This document shows positions 27,438-37,728 of a stretch of DNA of 64,000 bases, in pieces (positions within the stretch are counted from its first letter, which is position 1; each line of letters begins with the position of its first letter). A program made the position numbers and the translations under genes. Origin of the DNA: an uncultured Bacteroidales bacterium (GTDB taxonomy: Bacteria; Bacteroidota; Bacteroidia; Bacteroidales; UBA11471). The notes under the pieces were generated by a model. It searched no databases and was not told the origin of the DNA. It worked only from the letters and a program-made list of their open reading frames with translations. Location of the stretch: assembly GCA_947625885.1 (NCBI GenBank), contig CANQQA010000011.1:3442-67441 (forward strand), written 5' to 3'.

Positions 27438-28415
27438 TTATCCTTTATATTTAGCTTTCTTGATGATTTCGGTTTCATCGGTCTGCCACAATCGGGCAAG
27501 GTCGGTATGCGTCGCTCCGGCATACGCCGACACGATGCACCAACCGATGTAGCGACCTGCCTGCCCGGGCGACTGCGGCGAAAACGGCGCAGTAAACGGG
27601 GCGGGCGACAAATAACGTTCTATCGTCAGCGGCGATGCGGCATACAGCGTTTTTTCGCGCAAAAGCGCATTCCACATCTCCGATTCGTTTTCACGGCACC
27701 ACGCCAACTGCTCCGGCGTGTAGCCCAACAATTTTTCCGGCGGAACGTCCGGCAGGAGCTGTTGCAGCGAATATACGATTTTACCTTCGTAAATCATTTC
27801 CCGCAGCAGCGTCGTATGTTCGACAGGCGGCAGCGGGTGGCGCGTATAAAGTATAACTTGTAACACATCGGGAACGATATACTCCTGTTTTTTGCCTTCG
27901 AGCCGGTAGCGGGGATATATGGAGGCATACGGCGGATAGCCGCTGCCTAAATAATGGTCGAGCGAAACCGAAAGCATATCGCCGGCATTCACAATCTGCT
28001 GCCGCAAGCCCGACACATGAGTGTAAAAACGGGCAGGCAAAGTATCGTCGGGCAACAAAAGCCGGTAACGGGCGAGCGCCGCCGAGAGTTCCGTCTCTAC
28101 ATCGGACAAATCAGGAAAAATCGAATCGATAGCTCCGCACAGCAGCTGCATATCGGCAGCGGAAAGACGGTCGGCAAGCCGCGATTTGTTGCAGTCGCTA
28201 TCGGGAAGTTCCAGAATCGCTGCGGTATATAACAGGTGAAAGTCGCCGTACTGTCGGGAAAAAACGCTGTCGACAAGAGCATCGGTATCGGACAGATACG
28301 AACACAGCGCCTTGTCGTAGCGATGTATCGCCACCCCACTCCCTTCGTCGGTCGAAACACGACAAGAAAACAAACCCGCCAAAGAGAGCATCAAGACAAT
28401 GCGCAGAGCTGCCAT
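27438..28415 (-). CDS. gldB: Gliding-motility lipoprotein GldB-like
   Basis: The lipobox is LSLAGLFSC. The C-terminal part GYTPEQLAWCRENESEMW...SPAPF...PGQAGRYIGWCIV...KKAKYKG closely resembles my recollection of Flavobacterium GldB. Confidence 0.6.
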   Translation of the reverse strand: MAALRIVLMLSLAGLFSCRVSTDEGSGVAIHRYDKALCSYLSDTDALVDSVFSRQYGDFHLLYTAAILELPDSDCNKSRLADRLSAADMQLLCGAIDSIFPDLSDVETELSAALARYRLLLPDDTLPARFYTHVSGLRQQIVNAGDMLSVSLDHYLGSGYPPYASIYPRYRLEGKKQEYIVPDVLQVILYTRHPLPPVEHTTLLREMIYEGKIVYSLQQLLPDVPPEKLLGYTPEQLAWCRENESEMWNALLREKTLYAASPLTIERYLSPAPFTAPFSPQSPGQAGRYIGWCIVSAYAGATHTDLARLWQTDETEIIKKAKYKG

Positions 28416-28434
28416 AATTTCTTTTAGAGAGTTA

Positions 28435-28442
28435 CAAATATA
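28435..28442 (-). promoter_or_regulatory. -7 promoter box (reverse complement TAtaTTTG) for gldB-aroE
   Basis: CAAAtaTA on the + strand lies 20 nt upstream of the ATG at 28415. Confidence 0.4.
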
Positions 28443-28490
28443 GGGAAATATTTTATAAATGAAAAAGAAAGAGAGATTATCGAATGTCAA

Positions 28491-29618
28491 TTAAAAAAAA
28501 TTCTTGTAAAAATCGTTGATAACGGCAGCGACAGAACGTATTTCCTCGTCGGTCATCACCGGCGATATAGGCAGCGACAAAACCTCGTTTGCCAGCTGTT
28601 CGGTCAGCGGCAGCGACAGCCGGTTATAACGCGCATAACAAACCTGTTTGTGCGGTGGCACAGGATAGTGTATCTGCACGGGTATTCCCTGCTTCGAGAG
28701 TGCCGCTATCAAGACTTCGCGCTGCGGAACGCGGACAACGTACTGATGATAAATGTGCTGCCCCTCTTCGCCTCTGTCGGGCAGTCCGACGGCAGGAGCG
28801 GTTATCGACCGGTCATAGAGTGCCGCCAACTCGCGACGGCGGGCATTGTCGGCATCGAGATAACGTAGTTTTACCGACAGAAAAGCCGCCTGCAATTCGT
28901 CCATACGGCTGTTGAATCCCTGATATTTGTTGTAATACCGCCGCTCCGAACCGTAGTTTGCCAACGCTCGCGCCGCCTCTGCCAGCGTATCGTCGTCGGT
29001 GGCAATGGCTCCGGCATCGCCCAACGCGCCCAAATTTTTGGAGGGATAGAAACTGATACCCGCCGCGTGTCCCAAACCGCCCGCTTTCACAGAGCCGGAA
29101 AATCCGCGACACGGAGCAGCAGCCCCCAATGCCTGCGCGGCATCTTCGACCACAAGCAAGTCGTGCCGGCGGGCGATGTCGGCAATACACTCGTCCCAAC
29201 AGCAGCGACCGTAAAAATGTACGGGCAACAGCGCTTTGGTGCGCGGCGTCAAATGCTCTTCTATTCTGGAGGTATCGAGGTTGTGCGTTACGGGCGACGG
29301 CTCTACGAATACGGGAGTCAGCCGGTTGTCGGTTACCGCCAAAACGGTGGCGATATAGGTATTCGCCGGCACGATGACTTCATCGCCTTCGTGCAGACGC
29401 CCCATTTCGATATATGCCCGCAAGATAATACGCAGCGCGTCCAAGCCGTTACCGCAGGCAACCACCTGCCGACGCCCCAGATAGTGCGCCAACTCTTTTT
29501 CAAATACAGCGACACGCTCACCCAACAGATACCAGCCCGAGTCAATGACTTCGGCTGCCACCCGCTTCAACTCGTCGGCATAGCGGGCGTTTATCTGTTG
29601 TATATCCTGAAATTTCAT
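28491..29618 (-). CDS. DegT/DnrJ/EryC1-family PLP aminotransferase (dTDP-3-amino-3,6-dideoxyhexose transaminase, FdtB/QdtB-like)
   Basis: The family is typical in length and sequence, with the SFYPSKNLGALGDAG active-site Lys region. It overlaps the upstream ketoisomerase gene by 4 nt. Confidence 0.8.
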   Translation of the reverse strand: MKFQDIQQINARYADELKRVAAEVIDSGWYLLGERVAVFEKELAHYLGRRQVVACGNGLDALRIILRAYIEMGRLHEGDEVIVPANTYIATVLAVTDNRLTPVFVEPSPVTHNLDTSRIEEHLTPRTKALLPVHFYGRCCWDECIADIARRHDLLVVEDAAQALGAAAPCRGFSGSVKAGGLGHAAGISFYPSKNLGALGDAGAIATDDDTLAEAARALANYGSERRYYNKYQGFNSRMDELQAAFLSVKLRYLDADNARRRELAALYDRSITAPAVGLPDRGEEGQHIYHQYVVRVPQREVLIAALSKQGIPVQIHYPVPPHKQVCYARYNRLSLPLTEQLANEVLSLPISPVMTDEEIRSVAAVINDFYKNFF

Positions 29619-30034
29619 AGCCGGTCGATGTATTTCAGATAGTCGTCGTAATCGCGAATATAATCGGTTTCATCGTAAAAATCCGATGCCAAGACCAAAC
29701 AAATGGAACCCGACGAGAACGCCTGTTCCGCCGACCAAATACCGGGCAGCACGTGCAACCCGTAATAGGGTCGGTTAAGCGTTACCACCCGTTTTTCCCT
29801 GCCGTCATCGAGAAGTACATCGAATGCACCGCCGGCAGCCACAATCAATTGATGACACGCTTTGTGGGCGTGGGCACCGCGCGACTCGCCGCCCGGTATG
29901 TCGTAGAGATAGAAAACGCGCTTGATATCGAACGGAAGCTCCCCGCTTCCGTGCAACGGCGTGATATTTCCGCCGCGGTCGTATATGCGGGGAAGTTCCA
30001 GCAATCGACAATCGTGTACCGAAGGGCGTTTCAT
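29615..30034 (-). CDS. dTDP-4-keto-6-deoxyglucose 3,4-ketoisomerase (FdtA/QdtA, WxcM-like cupin)
   Basis: RGGNITPLHG..LPFDIKRVFYLYDIPGGESRGAHAHK...LVLASDFYDETDYIRDY. Confidence 0.8.
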   Translation of the reverse strand: MKRPSVHDCRLLELPRIYDRGGNITPLHGSGELPFDIKRVFYLYDIPGGESRGAHAHKACHQLIVAAGGAFDVLLDDGREKRVVTLNRPYYGLHVLPGIWSAEQAFSSGSICLVLASDFYDETDYIRDYDDYLKYIDRL

Positions 30035-30435
30035 GGCAGAAGTTTTTGATATTCAGTAAAATCGTAAATATAATCGGACTCGTCGAATGCCCCCGACGAC
30101 AGCACCAGCGCCAACGAATTGGTGGAAAAATCGGTAAGCTGCCGCCACGTCATAGCCGGCACATAAATACCGTAGTAGGAACGATTTAAGAAATAGCGCT
30201 CCGTTTCTCCCGCCTTGTTGCGTACCTGCAACTCGAAACTGCCGGAAAGAGCCACGATAAACTCCTGCTGGATACGATAAGCATGACCGCCACGGTACTG
30301 TCCGCCCGGTACGTCGTAAATCCAATAAGCCCGCTTGATATCGAACGGAATATGCTTTTCGCCTTCAATAAAAGAGAGGTTGCCCCGCCGATCTTCAATC
30401 TTCGGCAAATCTATTTTTATAACGCCGCTCGCCAT
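30031..30435 (-). CDS. Second FdtA/QdtA-like cupin paralog (HAY instead of HAH)
   Basis: RRGNLSFIEGEKHIPFDIKRAYWIYDVPGGQYRGGHAYR...LVLSSGAFDESDYIYDF. I chose the internal ATG at 30433-30435, because the longer form would overlap rmlA by 26 nt. Confidence 0.75.
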   Translation of the reverse strand: MASGVIKIDLPKIEDRRGNLSFIEGEKHIPFDIKRAYWIYDVPGGQYRGGHAYRIQQEFIVALSGSFELQVRNKAGETERYFLNRSYYGIYVPAMTWRQLTDFSTNSLALVLSSGAFDESDYIYDFTEYQKLLP

Positions 30436-30457
30436 ATCAAATGCCGACTTTTGTCGA

Positions 30458-31336
30458 TTATTTCGCGTCTTTTGCCAAAGCAATGAGGTATTGACCGTAC
30501 TGGTTTTTTTTCATCGGCTCTGCCTGAGCCAAAAGTTGTTCAGCAGTTATCCAGCCTTGGTTGTAGGCTATTTCTTCGAGGCAGGCAACTTTCCAACCCT
30601 GCCGATGCTCTATCGTTTCGATAAAAGCAGACGCCTCGAACAGGGAATCGTGCGTGCCCGTGTCGAGCCACGCAAAACCGCGTCCCATCAGCTGCACTTT
30701 CAATTCGCCTGATGCAAGAAACGCTTGATTGACAGAGGTTATTTCCAATTCCCCACGCGCCGACGGCTTGATGTTTTTCGCTACATTCAGCACTTTGTTG
30801 GGATAAAAATAGAGACCCACTACGGCATAATTGCTTTTGGGATTCTGCGGCTTTTCCTCGATAGAAGTAACATTGCCGTCGGCATCGAAAGCCGCTACGC
30901 CGTAACGCTCGGGATCATTTACCCGATAGCCGAAAACCGTCGCCAAGCCTTTCTCGGCATTCTGTACAGCGGCAGACAGCATCGACGAAAAACTTTGTCC
31001 GTAAAAAATGTTGTCGCCCAATACCAGACAAGCGGTATCGCTGCCGACAAACTCTTCACCGATGATGAATGCCTGTGCCAAACCGTCGGGCGAAGGCTGC
31101 TCGGCATACTCGAAACGAACGCCGAATTGCGAGCCGTCGCCCAGCAGGCGGCGAAATCCGGGCAAATCGAACGGCGTGGATATAATCAGTATATCGCGAA
31201 TGCCCGCCAACATCAAGACCGATACGGGATAGTAAATCATCGGTTTGTCGTAAATAGGCAGCATCTGCTTGCTGACACCTCTCGTTATGGGATAAAGACG
31301 GGTGCCGGAGCCGCCCGCCAACACGATTCCTTTCAT
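30458..31336 (-). CDS. rmlA: Glucose-1-phosphate thymidylyltransferase
   Basis: [37 protein letters not shown] is a canonical RmlA N-terminus. Confidence 0.95.
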   Translation of the reverse strand: MKGIVLAGGSGTRLYPITRGVSKQMLPIYDKPMIYYPVSVLMLAGIRDILIISTPFDLPGFRRLLGDGSQFGVRFEYAEQPSPDGLAQAFIIGEEFVGSDTACLVLGDNIFYGQSFSSMLSAAVQNAEKGLATVFGYRVNDPERYGVAAFDADGNVTSIEEKPQNPKSNYAVVGLYFYPNKVLNVAKNIKPSARGELEITSVNQAFLASGELKVQLMGRGFAWLDTGTHDSLFEASAFIETIEHRQGWKVACLEEIAYNQGWITAEQLLAQAEPMKKNQYGQYLIALAKDAK

Positions 31337-31347
31337 TTTTCAGTACA

Positions 31348-32547
31348 TTAACGGTTTGAATACATCTGTTCGTAATATTTCTGATAATCGCCGCTGGCGA
31401 CTTCATCGACCCAATCCTGATGTTCGAGATACCAGCGAATGGTTTTTTCGATGCCCACCTCGAACGGAGTTTCAGGATACCAGCCCAACTCGCGCGCCGT
31501 CTTCGACGGGTCGATGGCATAACGCATATCGTGCCCCAGCCGGTCGCCCACGTAGGTAATCAAGTCGTAGTTTATGTTTTCGAGCGGCGTTTTCAACACG
31601 GCTTGATAACGAGGCTCCTCGCGCATAAGCCGCGCAATGGTGTCGATAGTGAGCTTGACGATGTTGATGTTCTGCTCCTCGTTGAAACCGCCGATGTTGT
31701 ACACCTCTCCGACCCGACCGCCGTTCAGCACCATGTCGATAGCTTTGGCATGGTCTTCGACGTAGAGCCAGTCGCGCACGTTCTCGCCTTTGCCGTACAC
31801 GGGAAGTTTCTTTCCTTCGAGAATGTTCTTTATAATAAGCGGTATCAGTTTTTCGGGAAAATGGTAAGGTCCGTAATTGTTGGAGCAGCGGGTGATGTTC
31901 ACCGGCATTTTATACGTTTCGTGATATGCCCGCACGATAAGGTCGGCGCCTGTCTTCGACGAAGAATAGGGCGAACGGGGGTCGAGCGGGGTTTCCTCTG
32001 TAAAGAATTTTTTGCCGTAGGTCTGAATACGGGTACGTCCCTTTACGACCCGACGCACGTTTTCGTCTTCGATATGCAGCGGCTGCGGCGTATCATAATC
32101 TTTTGTCAAAGAGCCATACACTTCGTCGGTCGATACCTGCAAATACTTTTTTCCGGGCAGATAGGTCGGATAACCGGCAGCGTCTTTACCGGTTGTCCAT
32201 GCCCGCTTGGCGCATTCGAGCATGTTTTGCGTGCCCAGAATGTTGGTTTCCAAAAAGAGCTGAGGGTTGGTGATACTGCGATCGACATGCGATTCCGCAG
32301 CAAAATTGACAACGAAATCAATGGCACGACGAGCAAAAATATTCGATACCAGCTCGGCATTGGCTATATCGCCCCGTACAAACTCCACCCGTTTGTCATG
32401 CAACTCCTCTTTTATTGTGCCCAAATTGCCCGCATACGTCAGTTTGTCGAGTATGACGATAAATATGTCGTCGTACTTTTTCAACATATACTTGACGAAA
32501 TTGGAGCCTATAAATCCGGCTGCGCCGGTTACCAAATATGTCTTCAT
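31348..32547 (-). CDS. rmlB: dTDP-glucose 4,6-dehydratase (long Bacteroidota form)
   Basis: YLVTGAAGFIGSNF, the catalytic YSSSK, and DHAKAI are present. Confidence 0.9.
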   Translation of the reverse strand: MKTYLVTGAAGFIGSNFVKYMLKKYDDIFIVILDKLTYAGNLGTIKEELHDKRVEFVRGDIANAELVSNIFARRAIDFVVNFAAESHVDRSITNPQLFLETNILGTQNMLECAKRAWTTGKDAAGYPTYLPGKKYLQVSTDEVYGSLTKDYDTPQPLHIEDENVRRVVKGRTRIQTYGKKFFTEETPLDPRSPYSSSKTGADLIVRAYHETYKMPVNITRCSNNYGPYHFPEKLIPLIIKNILEGKKLPVYGKGENVRDWLYVEDHAKAIDMVLNGGRVGEVYNIGGFNEEQNINIVKLTIDTIARLMREEPRYQAVLKTPLENINYDLITYVGDRLGHDMRYAIDPSKTARELGWYPETPFEVGIEKTIRWYLEHQDWVDEVASGDYQKYYEQMYSNR

Positions 32548-32765
32548 ATCTTAAATTTATAAATCGGGTGCAAGATACATATTTTTTATTAAATAGAGAC
32601 AACCCCGCTGCCGAAATTCTTTTTGAAATATGCAGCAAAAACTTTTTACCCGTTTTATTTTTCCGTATTTCTCTTATTTTCAGAGAATAGAAAAATCCTT
32701 TCCTTTTTCCACGAAAAGAGTTTCTTTTTTTCTCATTTTTTATTGGTCGATAACAAAATATTAAC

Positions 32766-32773
32766 TACTTTTG
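32766..32773 (+). promoter_or_regulatory. -7 promoter box (TActTTTG) for the rseC-rnf operon
   Basis: It lies 35 nt upstream of the ATG at 32808. Confidence 0.45.
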
Positions 32774-32807
32774 TCCTACTATATATAGCTTATCCGAAAA
32801 GCAGGAA

Positions 32808-33257
32808 ATGAGCAGAAAAGATACGCATGTAAAACACGAAGGCATCATCGACCGCATCGAAGGTGCGACCGTTTATGTACGGATTACGCAACACTCGGCG
32901 TGCAGCGGGTGTCATGTGCAATCCATGTGTACCGTCTCCGACCGTTCCGAAAAAATCATCGAAACGACATATCATGCTGCCGCGGATTTGCGTAGCGGAC
33001 AACACGTGTGGATAATAGGCAGCGAAGCCATGAGCAGCGAAGCGTTGCGGTTGGCATTCCTCTACCCTTTTATCGTATTGTGCTGCGCGTTAGGCATAGC
33101 GACCTTGTGCACCGACAACGAAATAACCGCCGGTGTCGTATCGCTCTGCTCGCTCGTACCCTATTATTTCGTCTTGTACCTGTTTCGGCGAAAAATACGC
33201 AAAGATTTGGTATTTACAGTAGAACCTCTAACAGAAGAAACCCAAAACCTATCATAA
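32808..33257 (+). CDS. RseC/SoxR-reducing-system family protein (Rnf-associated)
   Basis: HEGIIDRIEGATVYVRITQHSACSGCHVQSMC is followed by two TM helices, and the gene sits directly upstream of rnfB. Confidence 0.7.
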   Translation: MSRKDTHVKHEGIIDRIEGATVYVRITQHSACSGCHVQSMCTVSDRSEKIIETTYHAAADLRSGQHVWIIGSEAMSSEALRLAFLYPFIVLCCALGIATLCTDNEITAGVVSLCSLVPYYFVLYLFRRKIRKDLVFTVEPLTEETQNLS

Positions 33258-33268
33258 ATTAAAAAGAA

Positions 33269-34174
33269 ATGAATTTAGTATGGATTGCCACCCTTTCATT
33301 GGGGTGTATCGGTGCGATAAGTGCTGTCATATTGTACTTCGTCGCTCAAAAATTCAAAGTCTATGAAGACCCGCGCAACGAAGAAGTGGTGAAAGTGCTT
33401 CCGGGTGCCAACTGCGGCGGTTGCGGCTATCCGGGCTGCGGCGGCTTCGCTGCTGCGTGCGTGAAAGCCACCTCGCTCGAAGGCATGCTCTGCCCCGTAG
33501 GCGGTGCGCCTGTCATGGCTAAAATTGCCGGCATACTCGGCATGGAGGTTGCCGAAGCGGCGCCGAAAGTTGCCGTGGTACGCTGCAACGGCACTTGCGC
33601 CAACCGCAAGAAAGTAAACACCTACAACGGTGCCTCGAACTGCGCTATCGAAGCGGCTCTGTACAGCGGTGAAACGGGCTGTTCGTTCGGTTGTCTCGGA
33701 AACGGCGACTGCGAAAGAGCCTGCCAATTCGGAGCCATTCACGTCAATCCCGAAACGGGTTTGCCCGAAGTCGATGAAGAGTTGTGTACCGGTTGCGGTG
33801 CTTGCGTAAAAGCCTGCCCGAAAATGATTATCGAGTTGCGGAACAAAGGTCCGAAATCGCGCCGTATGTTCGTATGCTGCGTCAATAAAGACAAAGGCGC
33901 CGTAGCCCGCAAGGCTTGCACGGCAGCCTGCATCGGTTGCGGAAAATGCGCCAAAGAGTGTCCGTTCGAGGCTATTACGGTGGAAAACAATCTGGCTTAC
34001 ATCGACTTCCAAAAATGCAAGTTGTGCCGCAAATGCGAAGCCGTATGTCCGACCGGCGCCATTCATTCGGTAAACTTCCCGCCGCGCAAGCCGGCAGAAC
34101 CGAAACCCGAAGCTCCGGCACAGCCGGCAGCACCTCAATCGGGAACCGCCGCAGCTCCGACAGCTCAGGCATAA
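33269..34174 (+). CDS. rnfB: Rnf electron-transport complex subunit B
   Basis: It has an N-terminal TM segment and multiple CxxCxxCxxxCP ferredoxin motifs. Confidence 0.85.
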   Translation: MNLVWIATLSLGCIGAISAVILYFVAQKFKVYEDPRNEEVVKVLPGANCGGCGYPGCGGFAAACVKATSLEGMLCPVGGAPVMAKIAGILGMEVAEAAPKVAVVRCNGTCANRKKVNTYNGASNCAIEAALYSGETGCSFGCLGNGDCERACQFGAIHVNPETGLPEVDEELCTGCGACVKACPKMIIELRNKGPKSRRMFVCCVNKDKGAVARKACTAACIGCGKCAKECPFEAITVENNLAYIDFQKCKLCRKCEAVCPTGAIHSVNFPPRKPAEPKPEAPAQPAAPQSGTAAAPTAQA

Positions 34175-34207
34175 TTCAATAGTAATCAACAGTAAAAACA
34201 AACAGAT

Positions 34208-35542
34208 ATGTTAAAAACATTTCGGATAGGCGGTGTTCACCCGCCTGAGAACAAACTATCTGCCGGACAAGCCATAAAGACAGCCGAATTGCCCAAGCAA
34301 GCCGTTATCATGCTTTCGCAGCATATCGGCGCACCCGCGCAAGCCGTCGTCGCCAAAGGCGATAAAGTGAAAGTGGGCACCCTGTTGGCACAAGCCGGCG
34401 GATTTGTTTCGGCAAACATCCACTCGTCGGTATCGGGCACGGTCGCCAAAATCGACACGGCAGTCGATGTCGCAGGATTTCAGCGTCCGGCAATCTACAT
34501 CGACGTCGAAGGCGACGAATGGGAAGAGAGCATCGACCGCAACGAAACGCTGGTAAAAGAGTGCAACCTCGATTCCAAAGCCATTGTCGAGCGCATTAAA
34601 GAAGCAGGTATCGTCGGCTTGGGCGGTGCAACTTTCCCCGCTCACGTAAAACTCACGCCTCCTCCCGGGGCAACTGCTACGATTCTCATTATCAATGCCG
34701 TAGAGTGCGAACCCTATCTCACTGCCGACCATCAGCTCATGCTGGAAAAAGGAGCGGAAATACTCGTCGGTACGGAACTTCTGCGCAAAGCCATCAACGT
34801 AGAGCGTGCCGTCATCGGTATCGAAAACAACAAACCCGATGCCATTGCGCACATGAAAGAGTTGGCGGCAGCATATCCTACCATTGAAATCTGCCCGCTG
34901 AAAGTGAAATATCCGCAAGGAGGCGAAAAACAGCTCATCGACGCCGTGATACGCCGTCAGGTTCCGAGCGGAGGTCTTCCTATCGCCACCGGCGCCGTCG
35001 TGCAAAACGTCGGTACGGCATTTGCCGTGTACGAAGCCGTGCAGAAAAACAAACCGCTGTTCGAACGCATCGTTACCGTTACCGGCAAATCGCTTGCCCA
35101 CCCGTCGAACCTGAAAGTGCGTGTAGGTACGCCTCTCAGCCAACTCATCGACGCATGCGGCGGTCTGCCCGAAGACACCGAGAAAGTCATTTCCGGCGGT
35201 CCGATGATGGGCAAAGCCGTCGTATCGACCGATACACCCACTACGAAAGGGTGCTCCGGCGTGCTGATTATACGCGACTTGGAATCGCGACGCAAAGAAA
35301 TGACGGCGTGCATACGCTGCGCCAAATGTATCGCAGCCTGCCCGATGGGGCTTGCTCCCAATACACTCATGAATGCAACCGAGCACAAAGATTGGGAGCG
35401 CGTCGAAAAAGAACATGTTATGGACTGTATCGAATGCGGCTCTTGCAGCTTCACCTGTCCCGCACACCGTCCTCTGCTCGACTATGTGCGCATGGGCAAA
35501 GCCCGTGTGGGCGCTATCATTCGCAGCCGTAATGCCAAATAA
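34208..35542 (+). CDS. rnfC: Rnf complex subunit C
   Basis: GIVGLGGATFPAHVK and two 4Fe-4S motifs (CIRCAKCIAACP, CIECGSCSFTCP) are present. Confidence 0.9.
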   Translation: MLKTFRIGGVHPPENKLSAGQAIKTAELPKQAVIMLSQHIGAPAQAVVAKGDKVKVGTLLAQAGGFVSANIHSSVSGTVAKIDTAVDVAGFQRPAIYIDVEGDEWEESIDRNETLVKECNLDSKAIVERIKEAGIVGLGGATFPAHVKLTPPPGATATILIINAVECEPYLTADHQLMLEKGAEILVGTELLRKAINVERAVIGIENNKPDAIAHMKELAAAYPTIEICPLKVKYPQGGEKQLIDAVIRRQVPSGGLPIATGAVVQNVGTAFAVYEAVQKNKPLFERIVTVTGKSLAHPSNLKVRVGTPLSQLIDACGGLPEDTEKVISGGPMMGKAVVSTDTPTTKGCSGVLIIRDLESRRKEMTACIRCAKCIAACPMGLAPNTLMNATEHKDWERVEKEHVMDCIECGSCSFTCPAHRPLLDYVRMGKARVGAIIRSRNAK

Positions 35543-35563
35543 TAATCTCTGAAAACTATCACT

Positions 35564-36520
35564 ATGAGTCAAAATTTTATTGTATCGCCTTCACCGCACG
35601 TACATAGCGGCAATTCGGTATCGAAGTGTATGTACGGCGTGTTGATAGCCCTGATACCGGCATTTCTCGTGTCGCTTTACTGCTTCGGCATCGGAGCCTT
35701 GGTGGTAACGCTCACGTCGGTATTGGCGTGTGTACTTTTTGAATACCTTATTCAGAAATACCTCTTGAAAGTAAAACCGTCGATATGCGACGGTTCCGCG
35801 ATTCTTACCGGCGTACTGCTGGCATTCAACGTACCTTCGAACCTGCCGATATGGATTATCATTATCGGTGCGCTCGTTGCCATAGGTATCGGTAAAATGA
35901 CTTTCGGCGGATTGGGAAACAACATTTTCAACCCCGCCCTCGTAGGTCGCGTATTCCTGTTGATTTCGTTCCCCGTGCAAATGACTACGTGGCCTGTTCC
36001 CGACCCGTTGAGTATGAATTACCTCGATGCCGAAACGGCTGCCACGCCGTTGGGACTGATGAAACAGGGTCTGCCCGTCGAAGCCATGACCACCGATATG
36101 CTGCTGGGTAACATCGGCGGAAGTCTCGGCGAAATCAGTGCCATAGCCTTGTTGATAGGATTCGCCTACATGTTGATACGCAGAATCATCACGTGGCATA
36201 TTCCCGTTTCCATTCTGGTTACGGCTTTCGTATTCTCGTTCCTCGTCAATGGATTCGATGCCGAAGGCGCCCTTCAACAACTGTTGCTCGGCGGCATGAT
36301 GCTCGGCGCCATTTTCATGGCGACCGACTATGTAACGTCGCCCATGACTCCGCGCGGCATGATTATCTACGGCATAGGCATCGGCTTGCTGACTATCATC
36401 ATTCGCCGCTACGGCGCATATCCCGAAGGCATGTCGTTCGCGATTCTCATCATGAACGCCGCAACGCCTCTTATCAACAAATATGTGAAACCTAAACGAT
36501 TCGGGGAGGTGAAAAAATAA
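35564..36520 (+). CDS. rnfD: Rnf complex subunit D
   Basis: It is a polytopic NqrB/RnfD-like protein with an FMN-attachment-type motif around ...MATDYVTSP. Confidence 0.85.
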   Translation: MSQNFIVSPSPHVHSGNSVSKCMYGVLIALIPAFLVSLYCFGIGALVVTLTSVLACVLFEYLIQKYLLKVKPSICDGSAILTGVLLAFNVPSNLPIWIIIIGALVAIGIGKMTFGGLGNNIFNPALVGRVFLLISFPVQMTTWPVPDPLSMNYLDAETAATPLGLMKQGLPVEAMTTDMLLGNIGGSLGEISAIALLIGFAYMLIRRIITWHIPVSILVTAFVFSFLVNGFDAEGALQQLLLGGMMLGAIFMATDYVTSPMTPRGMIIYGIGIGLLTIIIRRYGAYPEGMSFAILIMNAATPLINKYVKPKRFGEVKK

Positions 36521-37146
36521 TGGCTAAACAATCATCATTCGGAAATATGCTCATCGTGCTTACGGTCATCACCGTACTGGTGGGCGCATTGTTGGGCTAC
36601 GTATACGGCATCACCGCCGAGCCTATCGCACAGGCGAAGAAACTGAAACAGGAAAATGCCGTGAAAGACGTAACGCCCGCATTCGACAACTCTCCCATCG
36701 ACGAACAATATACCGTTACGGTCAATGGTATGGAGTTGAAAGTTTTCCCCGCTACGAAAGAGGGTGAAAAAGTAGGCGCCGCCGTAGAGAGCAAGACGAA
36801 AAACGGCTTCGGCGGAGAAGTGGTCATCATGGTCGGATTCGAAGCCGACGGCACGATACGCAACTACCGCGTACTCTCCCACGCCGAAACGCCCGGTCTC
36901 GGTTCCAAAATGGAAGAATGGTTCCGCACCGAAAGAGGCTCGCAAAGCGTTTTGGGCAAACACCCTGCAAAAGATAATCTGACGGTAAAGAAAGACGGCG
37001 GAAGCGTCGATGCCATCACGGCTGCCACAATCAGTTCGCGGGCATTCCTCGACGTCATAGCCAATGCCTATACCGCTTATACGAACAATAACTGCGACGG
37101 CGCTACCGGCGCTACGCAACAGGAAAAGGAGGCAGACCATGAATAA
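36520..37146 (+). CDS. rnfG: Rnf complex subunit G
   Basis: It has an FMN-binding domain with ...SVDAITAATISSRA. Its start overlaps the rnfD stop. Confidence 0.85.
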   Translation: MAKQSSFGNMLIVLTVITVLVGALLGYVYGITAEPIAQAKKLKQENAVKDVTPAFDNSPIDEQYTVTVNGMELKVFPATKEGEKVGAAVESKTKNGFGGEVVIMVGFEADGTIRNYRVLSHAETPGLGSKMEEWFRTERGSQSVLGKHPAKDNLTVKKDGGSVDAITAATISSRAFLDVIANAYTAYTNNNCDGATGATQQEKEADHE

Positions 37147-37723
37147 GTTGAAAATCATTCTGAACGGTATCATCACCGAAAACCCGACATTCGTATTGCT
37201 GTTGGGTATGTGCCCCACGCTGGGTACGACTTCTTCGGCTATCAACGGTCTGGGCATGGGACTGGCAACGATGTTCGTGCTCATCTGCTCCAACGCCGTG
37301 ATAGCCCTTATCAAAAACCTGATTCCCGACAAAGTGCGCATACCGTCGTTCATCGTCGTCATCGCCGCATTCGTAACCATATTGCAAATGTGCATGGAAG
37401 CCTACGTGCCGGCTTTGTACGAAAGTCTCGGTCTGTTCATTCCCCTCATCGTGGTGAACTGCATCGTGCTGGGTCGTGCCGAATCGTTCGCTGCCAAACA
37501 CAACGCATTCGACTCGATGCTCGACGGCGTGGGCTGCGGACTCGGATTCACGATAGCCCTCACCCTGCTGGGCAGCGTGCGCGAACTGTTGGGCACCGGC
37601 AAGATATTCAATACCGCCATTTTCCCCGAACACTTCGGTGCATTGGTATTCGTGCTGGCTCCGGGTGCATTCATCGCGCTGGGCTACCTTATCGTCATTG
37701 TCAATAAACTTAAAACCAAATAA
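37139..37723 (+). CDS. rnfE: Rnf complex subunit E
   Basis: [29 protein letters not shown]. The internal ATG overlaps the rnfG end by 8 nt. Confidence 0.85.
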   Translation: MNKLKIILNGIITENPTFVLLLGMCPTLGTTSSAINGLGMGLATMFVLICSNAVIALIKNLIPDKVRIPSFIVVIAAFVTILQMCMEAYVPALYESLGLFIPLIVVNCIVLGRAESFAAKHNAFDSMLDGVGCGLGFTIALTLLGSVRELLGTGKIFNTAIFPEHFGALVFVLAPGAFIALGYLIVIVNKLKTK

Positions 37724-37728
37724 GCGAT

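Noticed and set aside
33296-35572. Minus-strand ORFs of 301 and 438 aa
   Set aside because: They are antisense to rnfB and rnfC, both of which have clear Fe-S and flavin motifs.
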